Shown here piece by piece: positions 28,788 through 41,712 of a stretch of 64,000 nt of DNA. This stretch comes from an uncultured Chthonomonadaceae bacterium. GTDB taxonomy: Bacteria > Armatimonadota > Chthonomonadetes > Chthonomonadales > Chthonomonadaceae. Position numbers and translations under genes: made by a program. Under the pieces are notes generated by a model. It saw nothing but the letters and a program-made list of their open reading frames with translations, searched no databases and was not told the origin of the DNA. How positions within the stretch are numbered: the stretch's first letter is position 1; every line of letters begins with the position of its first letter. The DNA lies in contig CAWFQB010000001.1 of the NCBI GenBank assembly GCA_963817895.1, positions 96,001-160,000 of the forward strand, written 5' to 3'.

Positions 28788-31216
28788 TGCCGATGATGCG
28801 TTACGATATTGATATTGTCCGCCTGCCCGCATGGATGCTGCGCCTGCTCGGACAGCAGAACATCACGGCAGGCCATATCACGCCCGCCACGCCTCTCCCG
28901 TGGTATTTAATTGCGGGTGTTTTGCTGGCCGCTTTAGTCTGGTTCACGGTCTTCTATTACAAGGACGGAACACGCCCCTCGTGGTGGGTGAAAGGCCCGC
29001 TCGTCGGCTTGCGCCTGTTCGCCGTTGCCGTTCTGCTTGTTGTGCTGACGCAGCCGACCACGCGCCTGACCAAAGTGGATACGGTCCGGCCCAGCGTCGC
29101 GATTATTGTAGATAATTCCGCAAGCGTGGCTGTTCCCGATCCCCGCCTGCCGGCTTCCCGCGCCGAAGTGGAAGCGAATGGCGCGGGCGTATCCCCCGAC
29201 CGCGTCCGCGCCATGACCCGGCTGGAACGCGCAAGCGCCATACTCAATAAATCTCATGCCCTTGTGGAACTGAGCAAAAAGTACAACGTTCGGACGTATA
29301 CCGTTGACAGCGTGGCCCGCCAGATTACGTTACCGGCAGATGCCAAACAGCGGAATTCCTATCAGTTTGCGCTTCAGCCCGATCCAAAAACCGGTAACTC
29401 GACGCAGTTAGGCGTGGGATTGCGCCGCGCTCTGGATGACATGTCCGGGCAGCCGGTTGCCGGAATGTTATTGATGAGCGACGGCGGCAACAACCTGGGC
29501 GAAGACCCCGCTGCCGCAGCGGACAGCGCAAGACAATCCCATGTTCCCGTCAGCGCGTTGGGCATTGGCGACCCGACCAAAACCAAAGACGTGTCGCTTT
29601 TATCCGTACTGGCGGATGATGTTGTCCGCGTCAACAACACGGTCACAGTCTATGCCGCCGTTTCGCACCGGGGTTACAAGGGCCGTTCGCTTCCCATTAT
29701 TTTGCAGCGCGACGGAATTGAAGTGCAGCGGCAGAATTTAACTTTGGGCGCGGACGAGCAGAAGCAGGAAGTCCATTTCACGTATACGCCCGACCATGCG
29801 GGGCGTTTCTTGTATACCGTGATTGCCACCGGGCAGGCGGGCGAAGTGACCCTTGCCAACAACAAGCGCTCGTTCGTGCAGACGGTCATAGACAAAAAAC
29901 TGAAAGTGCTGTATGTGGAGGGCGAGCCGCGCTACGAGTTCCGCTATCTGCGCAACGCCATTATGCGCGATACCAGTCTGGATTTCGCCTGCCTGCTGCT
30001 TTCCGGCAGCGATGTGAACGAGGGCGGCGAAGGCAACATTCCCGTCAAGGGGTTTCCGTCCGACGAAAAATCTCTATTTGAGTACGACATCATCGTGTTG
30101 GGCGACGTGCCGCGCTCCTACTTCTCGCAGCAGCAACTGGAGGCCATTCGCCGCTTTGTGGAAGATCGGGGCGCGAGCCTGCTGGTGATTGCGGGCGAAC
30201 AGCACATGCCGCACGAGTACGCGGGTACGCCGCTTGAAGCCGTCCTTCCCGCCGTTATCAGCCCCACGCCCGACCCTGTCTTGACGGACGACGAGTTCAA
30301 GTGGCAGCTCACGCCCGAAGGCAAGCGCAGCCCGATTACGCAGATCGAGGACGACCCGACGCTGAACGCGCGGGTGTGGGACACGATGCTTCCGGGCATG
30401 TTCTGGGCGGCGGGCGTTCCCCGCGCCAAACCGGGCGCGACCGTGCTTGCCACACACCCCACGCGGCGCAACGCGGACGGCCCCTATCCGCTCGTGCTGA
30501 CGCAGCCCTTCGGCGCGGGCAAATGCTTTCTGGAACTGGTAGACAGCACATGGCGCTGGCGTTGGCGCGTGGGGGATCGCTACTTTTATCGGTACTGGGG
30601 GCAGGTGTTCCGTTCGCTCACGCCCAAAGAACTCCCCGGCAACAGCCGCTTCGTGCAGTTGAACGCCGACCGCAGCAACTACCGGTTGGGGGAGCGCGTC
30701 GCCCTGAACGCCCGACTGTTGGATGCGTACTACCATCCTATCAAGGTGAACAGCGTGACCGCCACAATCACAACCGAGGGCGGACAGCAGCAAAAGGTCG
30801 TGTTGCAGGCCACGCCGGGTTCGCCGGGATTGTATACGGCTTTGTATCAGCCGGAGCGCGTCGGCAAGTACGCGGCAGGCGTCATTTCGCCCGTCAACCC
30901 GTCCGCCAAAGCAAGCGCGGCGTTTGTCGTGGAATGTCTCGCATTGGAAAAGCAGAAGCCGGAACTGGACGAAGCGATGCTGCGCAAGATCGCGTCTTCG
31001 GGCGGCGGCAAACTCTACGCGCCCGACAAAATGGCGGACTGGATAAAGTCCCTGCCCTACCATCCCCTCGAAGTGCGCAGCGAACAGGAATACGAACTGT
31101 GGGACAAGCCCCTCTGGAACGCGCCCATTGTCAAATACATCCCGCTATTCCTCGCCCTGTTCCTGCTGCCATTAAGTATAGAGTGGTTCGTTCGCAAGCG
31201 CAAGGGGATGCTGTAA
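28784..31216 (+). CDS. Membrane-anchored VWA plus glutamine-amidotransferase-like domain protein
   Basis: MIDAS DNSAS, SDGGNN, KVLYVEGEPRYEFRYL, TWRWR, C-terminal TM ending EWFVRKR. Confidence 0.85.
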   Translation: MMPMMRYDIDIVRLPAWMLRLLGQQNITAGHITPATPLPWYLIAGVLLAALVWFTVFYYKDGTRPSWWVKGPLVGLRLFAVAVLLVVLTQPTTRLTKVDTVRPSVAIIVDNSASVAVPDPRLPASRAEVEANGAGVSPDRVRAMTRLERASAILNKSHALVELSKKYNVRTYTVDSVARQITLPADAKQRNSYQFALQPDPKTGNSTQLGVGLRRALDDMSGQPVAGMLLMSDGGNNLGEDPAAAADSARQSHVPVSALGIGDPTKTKDVSLLSVLADDVVRVNNTVTVYAAVSHRGYKGRSLPIILQRDGIEVQRQNLTLGADEQKQEVHFTYTPDHAGRFLYTVIATGQAGEVTLANNKRSFVQTVIDKKLKVLYVEGEPRYEFRYLRNAIMRDTSLDFACLLLSGSDVNEGGEGNIPVKGFPSDEKSLFEYDIIVLGDVPRSYFSQQQLEAIRRFVEDRGASLLVIAGEQHMPHEYAGTPLEAVLPAVISPTPDPVLTDDEFKWQLTPEGKRSPITQIEDDPTLNARVWDTMLPGMFWAAGVPRAKPGATVLATHPTRRNADGPYPLVLTQPFGAGKCFLELVDSTWRWRWRVGDRYFYRYWGQVFRSLTPKELPGNSRFVQLNADRSNYRLGERVALNARLLDAYYHPIKVNSVTATITTEGGQQQKVVLQATPGSPGLYTALYQPERVGKYAAGVISPVNPSAKASAAFVVECLALEKQKPELDEAMLRKIASSGGGKLYAPDKMADWIKSLPYHPLEVRSEQEYELWDKPLWNAPIVKYIPLFLALFLLPLSIEWFVRKRKGML

Positions 31217-31249
31217 TAACATAAAATCACATGCTGATTGGAGTAGAAC

Positions 31250-31534
31250 ATGACTATTCTGCTGGACAACGACTTAGAACAACTTATCAACGCGAAACTT
31301 GAAAAGGGCGCGTATCCTTCAGCGAACGAACTTTTACGGGAAAGCCTGCGCCTGCTGGAGGAAAGAGACTCTATTGATGAGCAGCAACGCGACAGGTGGC
31401 GGCAAGAGATTGCTCATGGCGCCCAGCAAATGCGAGAAGGCCGTACATTGGTCTGGAATGAAGAAACGTTGGCAGGCGTCAAAGCTCGTGGAAGGGCAAA
31501 ATTGGCGCAGCAATCTCAGCAGGAGAAGATGTAA
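31250..31534 (+). CDS. parD: ParD-type (RHH) antitoxin
   Basis: GAYPSANELLRESLRLLEE; directly upstream of ParE. Confidence 0.85.
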   Translation: MTILLDNDLEQLINAKLEKGAYPSANELLRESLRLLEERDSIDEQQRDRWRQEIAHGAQQMREGRTLVWNEETLAGVKARGRAKLAQQSQQEKM

Positions 31535-31837
31535 ATGGCAGCGCGCGAACCTGTCATTACTGAAGACGCCCATGCCGATGTAGACGAGATTTGGCTATAT
31601 ATTGCCGAGGATAGTGTTAGAGCGGCAGACAAGGTAACAGATGCAATCTCCGACGTCTTTTCTCAACTGGCCGATTACCCAAACATCGGGCATGTCCGAG
31701 AAGATTTAACGGATGAGCCGTACCGTTTCATAAGCGTTTATGATTACTTGATTGTCTACGATCCAACCAAGTCGCCAGTAGTAGTCCTGCGAGTTTTACA
31801 TGGACGGCGCGATGTGAAATCCATCCTCAAACCCTGA
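31535..31837 (+). CDS. parE: ParE/RelE-family toxin
   Basis: AHADVDEIWLYIAEDS, YPNIGH, VLRVLHGRRD. Confidence 0.9.
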   Translation: MAAREPVITEDAHADVDEIWLYIAEDSVRAADKVTDAISDVFSQLADYPNIGHVREDLTDEPYRFISVYDYLIVYDPTKSPVVVLRVLHGRRDVKSILKP

Positions 31838-31884
31838 ACGGTGGCAACGATTGAACATAGATTCGCAATTGGGATGACAGAGGC

Positions 31885-32286
31885 ATGAGCATGAAGCGTG
31901 ACAGACATGGCGGCTTTGCGCAATATGAAATTTTATATGTCGCTGCCATACTTGCCATATTGATAGCGATTTTTTGGAGTGTTTACTCACAAATGGCAAA
32001 ACAGGCTGTTCGCGCACATACTCCGCCTGTTCCTGTTCTTCAAGTCGCTGCCATAGTCACAGGCGTTATCTTCATCCTGTTTGGACTGATGCCTGCTGTC
32101 TTCGCGTTGCCCTGCGCCGCAATTGCGCAGCGAACTCGCCACAAGTTTGCAAGTTTTTCAGAAGCATTTTGGGAATACTGGAGCAAAATATCAGGCGGAG
32201 TTTTTGTAGCGTTGTGGATTGTCGGGATTGCACTTTTTCTGTGGGATAAACTCGTCAGTCCCTTCATCCACTACCTCTTACGATAA
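31885..32286 (+). CDS. Small membrane protein with prepilin-like N-terminus
   Basis: RHGG|FAQYEILYVAAILAILIAIF plus two more TM segments. Confidence 0.6.
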   Translation: MSMKRDRHGGFAQYEILYVAAILAILIAIFWSVYSQMAKQAVRAHTPPVPVLQVAAIVTGVIFILFGLMPAVFALPCAAIAQRTRHKFASFSEAFWEYWSKISGGVFVALWIVGIALFLWDKLVSPFIHYLLR

Positions 32287-32395
32287 TTTAATCCATTTTG
32301 AAGCAGCAAAGCCGTCAGTGACGGCACGGCCATGCTGAAGAAGAATGATAAGCAGTTGATTACCGCCGCTCGGTCATAAGATCGGGCGGCTGTTT

Positions 32396-32716
32396 TTACG
32401 GAGTGGGCGGTTGGATTGACGCGGAAGAATGGGAAGTAGTTGGCGTGTTCGGGATGCGGAGTTTGCGCTCGTTGGGGAACACGTAGCCGAGTTTGCGGGC
32501 GGCCAGTTCGATGCCTTCGGGCGTGTCAATGGCGCGGAGTTCTTTGGCCGCGTCCTGGTTCTGGATATTGAGGTGTTTGAGTTCGCGTTCCAAACCGTCG
32601 TTGCGATCTCGAAGACTGGACGCGAGAACAAACGGATGCGCCGCGTTCATGCCGACAAAACTGAAAACGATGCAGGCGGCGAAACTCAGAAGCAGCACAA
32701 AGGGGCGGCGCTGCAT
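32396..32716 (-). CDS. Septum formation initiator (FtsB/DivIC-like)
   Basis: One TM, a coiled coil and TPEGIELAARKLGYVFPNE; lies downstream of eno; start uncertain. Confidence 0.7.
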   Translation of the reverse strand: MQRRPFVLLLSFAACIVFSFVGMNAAHPFVLASSLRDRNDGLERELKHLNIQNQDAAKELRAIDTPEGIELAARKLGYVFPNERKLRIPNTPTTSHSSASIQPPTP

Positions 32717-32890
32717 CAGGGGCTTGCGTCGCGGCGAAACGTAGGGCAGATTGGGCGTGGTGGCAGTAATTGCGGTTGCCTCAAACCAACAGAATTACAA
32801 CAGGAACAAAAGCGAATTTCAAAACAAACAGTGAACAACGCGCACAGGCAGACAGGTTAGGCGGTAAATTTGTTACGCAGGTCGGGAAGC

Positions 32891-33301
32891 CTACCCGTCC
32901 GATTCTGTATCCTCATACGGCAGTGAATTAGCAGTAGTTCCCGTTAATACCGGCGGAACCGGTTGCAAACGCGCTCCAATAGCCGCGCCATCGTCCCCAT
33001 CCAGACGCTTGCCCATCAATACGGCGCGATCTATGCCGCAAAGCCGGTTGATCTCCTGCTTGATGTTTTTCAGCATGTCGCCCAGGCGCAAACCTTCGCT
33101 AAAGCCCTGCGCCTTCCAAAAATCTGTGTCCCCAGACTTTTCCCGGTACGCGAGTTCCACGCGATCACAGCGATGCAGGCGTTCGTACTGGCGTAGAAAA
33201 TCTGTTTTCATCAGGGGCAGCCAGCCAAAATGAGCGCAGCCCAGCACATACCAGTGGTACTGCTGATCTGTCGGTTCAACAACCTCACTGCCGCTGTCCA
33301 T
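32891..33301 (-). CDS. Hypothetical protein with YHWYVLGC motif
   Basis: RBS GGAGG; motif shared with the upstream ORF. Confidence 0.75.
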   Translation of the reverse strand: MDSGSEVVEPTDQQYHWYVLGCAHFGWLPLMKTDFLRQYERLHRCDRVELAYREKSGDTDFWKAQGFSEGLRLGDMLKNIKQEINRLCGIDRAVLMGKRLDGDDGAAIGARLQPVPPVLTGTTANSLPYEDTESDG

Positions 33302-33313
33302 CGTAACGCCTCC

Positions 33314-33568
33314 TTACGAAAACGCGACGCCCTCTTCCGCCATGCCAACCAGAATAGCCCGTACAAAGGGATCGTCCTTCATCCGCGCTTCCATTTCCGC
33401 CCGACTTGCGGCATCCAACTTCAATAATGTGCCATTGGCGTCCGCCGCTCTTAATTGCTCCGCGTGGGCCTCGAATTCCTGCCAGCGGCCCGCAAATTCT
33501 TTTTGCGACACCGGTGCCTGCCCCAACCGGTCACAGCCCAACACGTACCAGTGATACTCCTTCTCCAC
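33314..33568 (-). CDS. Hypothetical protein with YHWYVLGC motif
   Basis: RBS GGAG, GTG start; motif shared with the downstream ORF. Confidence 0.75.
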   Translation of the reverse strand: MEKEYHWYVLGCDRLGQAPVSQKEFAGRWQEFEAHAEQLRAADANGTLLKLDAASRAEMEARMKDDPFVRAILVGMAEEGVAFS

Positions 33569-33582
33569 AGCAACACTCCGGG

Positions 33583-33698
33583 GAAGAAAAGGAGAAAAGG
33601 AGAAGAGGAGAACAAATATAAAATTCTTTTGTCTTCTTTTCGTATGTTTCGTGTTTTACGGTTCCCCTCCTTTTCTCCTCTTCTCCTTTTCTCCTTTT

Positions 33699-33699
<1 letters not shown>
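33583..33699. repeat. Inverted purine/pyrimidine octamer arrays (GAAAAGGA)n ... (TCCTTTTC)n
   Basis: Arrays at about 33583-33612 and 33668-33699, directly after the eno stop. Confidence 0.7.
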
Positions 33700-35054
<1,355 letters not shown>

Positions 35055-35144
35055 TTAACCGCGCATTTTTGTGCCGTGTTCGTTCCCGCCGCATTATGGC
35101 ACAAACCGGGGAATCCTGTAAACTAGAGAAGAAGTTTCCTTGCT

Positions 35145-35651
35145 TCAGACGGTGCAGGCGCAGCCGCAGAGCAGAGTTATCTCAACCGGCGAGTCGTGTT
35201 CGGTTCGGAACCCATTCTGAATATGAACTACGCGATTGGTGGCGGGATCAAACGTAATCACGTCGCGTATGCCCTGGCTGACATAGAACGGAACGCCGAC
35301 CAGCGTGTCTTTCGCCTCATAATCTTTGCTGATGATTTCGATGACGGCTTCCGGCAGCAGGGTCACAGCCTTGTCTTGCTCGTCGGGTTCACGACAAAAG
35401 ATGCTGATGTCGGGCCGCTTGATGGAACCGTCCGGGAAGCGGATGTCTACATCGGAATAGTTGACGCACCCGCAGCCGCCTCCATCGCTGTTCGCAGTCA
35501 ACGTTCGCCGTATAGAATTTTCAATGCGGCGGCTCGCTTTCTGGTGGCGAATTACGGGAGAGGCTTCCCATGTCGTAACGCCGCCTGCCGATTCAAGCCG
35601 AATGCCCAACATTTCATCGGCTGCCTGTATAAGTTCTTCGCTAATCGCCAT
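35145..35651 (-). CDS. Uma2-family endonuclease
   Basis: SPVIRHQ, RPDIS, PEAVIEIIS, FYVSQGI. Confidence 0.85.
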   Translation of the reverse strand: MAISEELIQAADEMLGIRLESAGGVTTWEASPVIRHQKASRRIENSIRRTLTANSDGGGCGCVNYSDVDIRFPDGSIKRPDISIFCREPDEQDKAVTLLPEAVIEIISKDYEAKDTLVGVPFYVSQGIRDVITFDPATNRVVHIQNGFRTEHDSPVEITLLCGCACTV

Positions 35652-35843
35652 GATGTTTTGTTCTTCTTTGTTCTACTGTTCGTTTTTTGCGTATTTCGCG
35701 GTTCATTCCGCGTTTTATTGGTAATTTCTCTTTTGTATTAACTTTTCCTCCTCTCGAATACGATAGGAAGGACAACACCTTTTGCCCGGTGAATAAACCC
35801 GTGTGCCTCTTTTCCAAGTTCTATTGTTCTAAGGCGGTGTCCT

Positions 35844-38800
35844 GTGTCTGTCACTCCCGAAGCGGTTCCTGCATCTTCCACAGTCCCGTTCTATATCACG
35901 GGCGGCACGCTGCCGCCCGAAGCCTCTTCGTATGTCACCCGTCAGGCCGACACCGACCTGTACGAGAACCTGCGGGCGGGCGAATACTGCTACGTCCTCA
36001 ACTCGCGGCAGATGGGCAAGTCCAGCTTGTGCGTCCGCGCCATCGGGCGCTTGCGCGACGCGGGCGTACAAACCGCGTTCGTGGATTTGACCCGCTTCGG
36101 CGGCAAGAACCTCAGCGTGGAGCAGTGGTACGCCGGCCTTTTAAGTGAGATAGGGCGCGAACTCGGATTGCGAAGCGAGTTTCTGGCCTGCTGGAAAGCG
36201 CAGGGCGAACTCAGCCCCTTGCAGCGCCTGTTCGGAGCCTTGCAGGAAGTGGCGCTCACGAAAACAGACGCGCCGATAGTGGTGTTTGTGGACGAGATAG
36301 ACGTGACGCGCAGCCTGCCGTTCAGCGCGGACGAGTTCTTTGCCGCCATTCGGCAGTGCTACGTCGGACGGGCCACCGATCCGCAATTGAAGCGGCTGGC
36401 CTTCTGCCTGTTGGGAACCGCCACGCCCGCCGAACTGATCCAGGACACGCGCGTATCCCCCTTCAACATCGGCAAACGTATAGACTTGCAGGATTTTACC
36501 AAAGACGAGGCCGTTCCCCTGGCGCGCGGCATGGCGGGCGGGCAGGCCGCGCTTGACCGCGCCCTGTACTGGACGGGCGGGCATCCCTATCTGACGCAGC
36601 GATTGTGCCGCGCCATTGCCGAACAGCCCGCAACAGGCGCGGCCTCGGACGTGGACAGACTGTGCAGCGAACTGTTCCTGACGCACAAAGCGAAAGAGGC
36701 CGACGACAACCTGGCCTTTGTGCGCAATCGCCTGCTCAAAAGCGAGGCGGACCTTGCCGGTCTGCTCGACCTGTACCGCAAAATGCGGGCGGGCAAGCGG
36801 GTTCCTGACGACGAGACCAACCCTCTGTGCGCCGTTCTCAAACTCAGCGGCGTCGCCAGGGTTGCGGACGGGGCGTTGCAGGTGCGTAACCGCATCTACG
36901 CGCATGTATTCGACCGGCAGTGGGCCACAACCCACATGCCCGACGTGGAACAGCGCCGACAGCGGCAGGCATTCCGGCGCGGCATCGCGCTTGCGGGCGG
37001 CGTTGGGAGCGCGATTCTGCTGATCGTGGCGAGCCTGGGACTGCTGGCCTGGCGTAACTACCGCGTGGCCCAGGCGCAGACCGCCCTCGCCACCCAACGC
37101 GCGGAAGAGGCCGATTGCAACCTGTATGTCGCCAACATGAGCCTGATACAGCGCGACTGGGACAACGGCAACATCACGCACGCGCAGGAACTGCTGGAAG
37201 CGACACGGCGGCGGGGACAAGGCGCCTTCGAGTGGGGCTACTGGAACCGCCTGCTCCACCTGGAACTTCTCACGCTCAAGGGACATTCAGGCATGATCAT
37301 TACCGCTGCCGTGTCGCCGGACGGCGCTCGCATCGCGACCGGCGGCACGGACGGGACGGTCAGGGTGTGGGAGGCGGCAAACGGCCATTGCCTGCATGTT
37401 CTGAGGTGTTTTCCTGAACATGCGGCGCGCGACCTGGTGTTTAAAGTGGCGTTCTCTCCGAACGGTTCGCGCCTGTTGGCCGCTACTTTTCGTAGCGTGA
37501 AACTATGGGACACTGCAACGGGCGTGGAACTGAAAGCGCTTACGGTAGGCGCAAACAATCTTTTCCTTGCTTTCTCGCCGGACGGAACGCGTGTCGCAAC
37601 CGCAAACCAGCAGGGAGCCTTAGTGCGGGACATTGTAACCGGCAGAAAACTTCTTTTCATTAAGGGGCCAATGTTTAGGGATGGTGTCGCAGGCTGTCGC
37701 GCAACCTTTTCTCCGGATGGCAAGCGCTTTGTCACCACCAGTCAGGACCAGACCGCCAGAGTGTGGGATGCGGCAACCGGGAAAGCCCTGCTGACGATCC
37801 GGGGAAATATAGCCCACCAGGAGGCTGCTGTTGCTTTTTCGCCGGACGGCAGGCATATCGTCACGGGCATGGACAATCACACCGCGCGACTGTGGGACGC
37901 GCGCACAGGCAAAGCGGAGGGTACGCTTGCCGGCTATACGAATCAGATTTCGGACCTCGCTTTTTCTCCCGACGGCAAACGTATCGCAACCGGCGGAGGG
38001 GACGGTCAGGCAAAAATATGGGATATGCGAACAGCCAGATGCCTGACTACTCTCAAAGGACATGGCGGCATTGTCTTCAGCGTCGCTTTTTCACGCGACG
38101 GCAAGCGTCTTGTCACCTGTGGTGACAGCGCGGCAAAGGTGTGGGACGCGACTACGGAACAGATGGACCTTACGTTAAGCAAACCTGCTTTGACCGCAGG
38201 CTTTGGAGGCGTGGTCTCCTTCTCTCCCGACGGAAGGCGCATTGCCGCAGTCACGAAAACCGGCGGCACAGTATGGGACGCGGCAACGGGAAAGGCTCTG
38301 TTCACGCATAAAACGCCTATAGCTAAAAGCTACCCGATTGGCATTTCGTCGGATGGCAGCCATGTGCTGGCTGTACGTGAGGACAAGAGCGGCGTGGTGA
38401 TGGCGTGGGACGCTGGAACTGGAATTCAGCAGCGGGCACTTCGGCAGACAGCAAAATATTCAGAGGCTGTTTTTTCTCCCGATGGCAAGCGCATCGCCCT
38501 GATCGAGGACAGCGTTCTGACAGTTCTTGACACGGCTGCGGGCAAGGAACTTCTCGCCTTTCATGCGCTCCGCCCTACTGAATCTTTCCAAAGAAGCGTT
38601 TTTTCTCAAGACAACAATTACATAGCAAAAGGAAACACCGATGGCACCGCGTCGGTATGGGACTTGAAGACGGGAAAGGAGCAGAAAACGTTACAAGGCC
38701 ACAGCGAAGGAGTTAGGGCAGTCGCTTTTCGCCGGACGGCGCACGCATCGCTACAGGTAGTACGGATCAGACGGCGAAGATATGGGACAGGGCAAGCGGA

Positions 38801-39088
38801 CGCTGCCTGCTCACCCTCAAAGGACATGGCGGCATTGTCGAAAGCGTCGCGTTTTCCGGGGACGGCAAACGGCTGTTGACAGGCAGCGCTGACAACACCG
38901 CAAAGGTCTGGGATGCCGCGACCGGGGCCGACCTGCTCACGCTCAAAGGCGATACCAACAAAGGTGGTCTCAACTTCGTTACCTGTGCCGCGTTTTCGCC
39001 CGATGGGAAGCGCGTCGTGACCAGCGATTATGATGGCGCGGCGAAGGTTTGGTATGCCGACGACACGCGCCTCGCGCCACCCAATTAG
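35844..39088 (+). CDS. AAA_35 (STAND-like) ATPase, TM segment and WD40 repeats; frameshift near 38730
   Basis: [32 protein letters not shown], hydrophobic segment, more than 12 FSPDG/WD repeats. Confidence 0.9.
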
Positions 39089-39536
39089 AGCGCTATCTTC
39101 CGGTTAAAATGTTTCCGGCGGCGCGGAGGGGCAGATACATAAATAGAGGTAAATATCCTGCAATATGGAAACTTTTCGCGCCCATTTTCGGTCTTGAATA
39201 GTGGTATTCAGTGACGCAGACAACCGTTCTGCTGTCCTTCTCAGGCGTACAGTCTTTCCTGCGGGCGGTGGGTTCGCCGCCCAATTTCGGCAGGAAAATA
39301 AATCTGCGTGCGCCGCGCATGTTGGGCCGAAAGCCCGACGCGCCTATCAATTTGCGGGCGCGACCGGACAGGGCCGCATTCCCCGAAACGGCATGACCGC
39401 CACCATAGTTTTGTGGCCTGTTATGTAAGTCGGGACGATTAAACGCCTGTTCCCCTCCGTCCGCCGCTCTTGCCGCCGCGCCCGCGAACTGCCGCCTGTG
39501 CAATGTTCGCGTTGGCTGCGCCGATAGCAAGAAGGA

Positions 39537-41527
39537 GTGGCACACACCCGTTTATGTCGAACCAATCTATTACCGCTCGTTACGACAGCCCGTTTCCCGT
39601 CAGCGACAGCCCGAACGGCAGCTACCAACGTCGCCAACATGCCCTATGGGGCCGATACCCTTGCCGAAGAGCGCAAGCCGCTGACCTCGCAGCAGCAGCG
39701 CATCACCGACAACCTTTCGCAACTGCTGGAAGTGCTGCCGCCCGCCATTCGCGCGCATCTGGAACAGAGAGGCAGCCTGGACGACCTGCTCGAAATCGTC
39801 ATGGATCTGGGGCGCATTCCCGAAGCGCGTTTCCCGGAGCGCGTCGTGGAATTGGGCAGCGAACCGGTTTCCGCCGAGGACATTGAATATGTCGTGGGGC
39901 GCGTCGGCGCGTTCGGCAAGGACAACCGCGCCGGTATCGAGCGCACGCTGCACCGCATTTCGGCCATTCGCAACCGTCAGGGCAAAGTCGTCGGCCTGAC
40001 CTGCCGTATCGGGCGCGCCGTTTACGGAACCATTGACATCATTCAGGATATGGTCGAAAGCGGCAAAAGCATTCTGATGCTCGGCCGCCCGGGACGCGGC
40101 AAAACCACCAAACTGCGCGAAGTGGCCCGCGTCCTTTCGGACGAACTGAAAAAGCGCGTCGTGATCGTGGATACCAGCAACGAAATCGCGGGCGACGGCG
40201 ATATTCCGCATCCCGCCATCGGACGCGCCCGCCGGATGCAGGTCGCCACGCCCGAACAGCAGCACAACGTCATGATCGAGGCGGTGGAAAACCACATGCC
40301 GGAAGTGATCGTGATTGACGAGATCGGAACCGAGCAGGAGGCGTTCGCCGCCCGCACCATTGCGGAGCGCGGCGTCCAGCTTGTCGGAACCGCGCACGGC
40401 AACAGCCTGGAAAACCTGATGATGAACCCCACGCTGTCCGATCTGGTCGGCGGCATCCATGCGGTCACGCTTTCCGACGATGAGGCCAAGCGCCGGGGTA
40501 CGCAAAAAACGGTTCTGGAGCGCAAAGCGCCGCCTACGTTCGACGTGATTATCGAAATCATGGAGGTGGACAAGCTTGCCGTGCATCTGGACGTGGAGCG
40601 AACCGTTGACCGACTGCTGCGCGGGTCGCCGCCCCGCCCGGAGATCCGCGTTCGCAACGAGGAAGGCCAGATTGACGTGATTCAGCGTTCGGATGAGGGC
40701 GGTAATATCCGCGAAATTCCCGACAACGATCCCGTGTATGGCAACGGCCCTAACCGGCGACGGCAGGAACGAGCGTCCGGGTCGAAATGACGGCAATGAC
40801 CGCGTTGCCATGCCCGAACGCCCGGAGCGTGATCCCCGGATCACGCGCATTGCAGGCCCGCCCGAACAGCCCCGCCCGGAAGCCGGCTGCGGCCCACGCT
40901 GAAACCGCAAGCGCCGGGTGGTAGCCAATCGTCAGCAGTACGCGCGCAGCCGTGACAGGGAAGACGATGACGACGGCCCCTCCCGCTTCATCGTGCCTCC
41001 GGTTGGCGGCAATACGGCCAGTCCGGGCGCGACGGTGAAGCAGTTGCCGACTACCGTGCGGATATTCCCGTATGGCGTGTCGCGCAGCCGTCTGGACCGC
41101 GCCATTGCCGAGTCGCATGTCCCGGCTCTGATTGCCCGTGACGTGAGCGACGCGGATGTGGTTGTCGCGCTGAAAGCCACATACAAGCGCGAACCGGGCA
41201 AAATGCGCGAAGCGACCCAAAAGCGTCTGCCCGTGTACATGGTGAAAAGCAACACGTATGCGCAGATCAACGACAGCATCCGCGAAATCTTCCGGCTCGG
41301 TCCTGCCGAAGAGGAGGCCGGCGTAGACTCCGCCGAAGACGCCCTGCTGGAAGCGCAGGAGGGCATAGACATGGTGAAGCAGAGCGGCGAAGCCGCTCGA
41401 CCTGTCCGCCGCCAACTCCTACATGCGCCGCTTGCAGCACCAACTCGTGGAGCGCTACCAACTGGTATCGGAAAGCGTGGGCGTGGAACCCAACCGCCGC
41501 GTCCGCATCCTGCCCGTCGGCGCGTAA
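39537..41527 (+). CDS. SpoIIIAA/Ycf45-like AAA ATPase with C-terminal R3H domain, several frameshifts
   Basis: [36 protein letters not shown]; the C-terminus [12 protein letters not shown]...EPNRRV ends at TAA 41527 in another frame. Confidence 0.85.
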
Positions 41528-41533
41528 ATTCAT

Positions 41534-41705
41534 TAGACAGGATTAACAGGATTTTTCAGGATTAGACAGGATTAAGAAGAATGAAGGTGTCACTTGCAGG
41601 AATTACAGGTACTTGAACTCTAATTCCTACGGCAGTGGTTAAGGCAACTCAGCCATCCTTCTTTTGAAATCCTGTTAATCCTGAAAATCCTGTTAATCCT
41701 GTCTA
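41534..41705. repeat. MITE-like element bounded by inverted (ACAGGATT)n arrays
   Basis: TAGACAGGATTAACAGGATTTT... at 41534-41573 and its near reverse complement at 41668-41705; another copy of the motif lies near 60480. Confidence 0.8.
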
Positions 41706-41712
41706 TTTCGCA

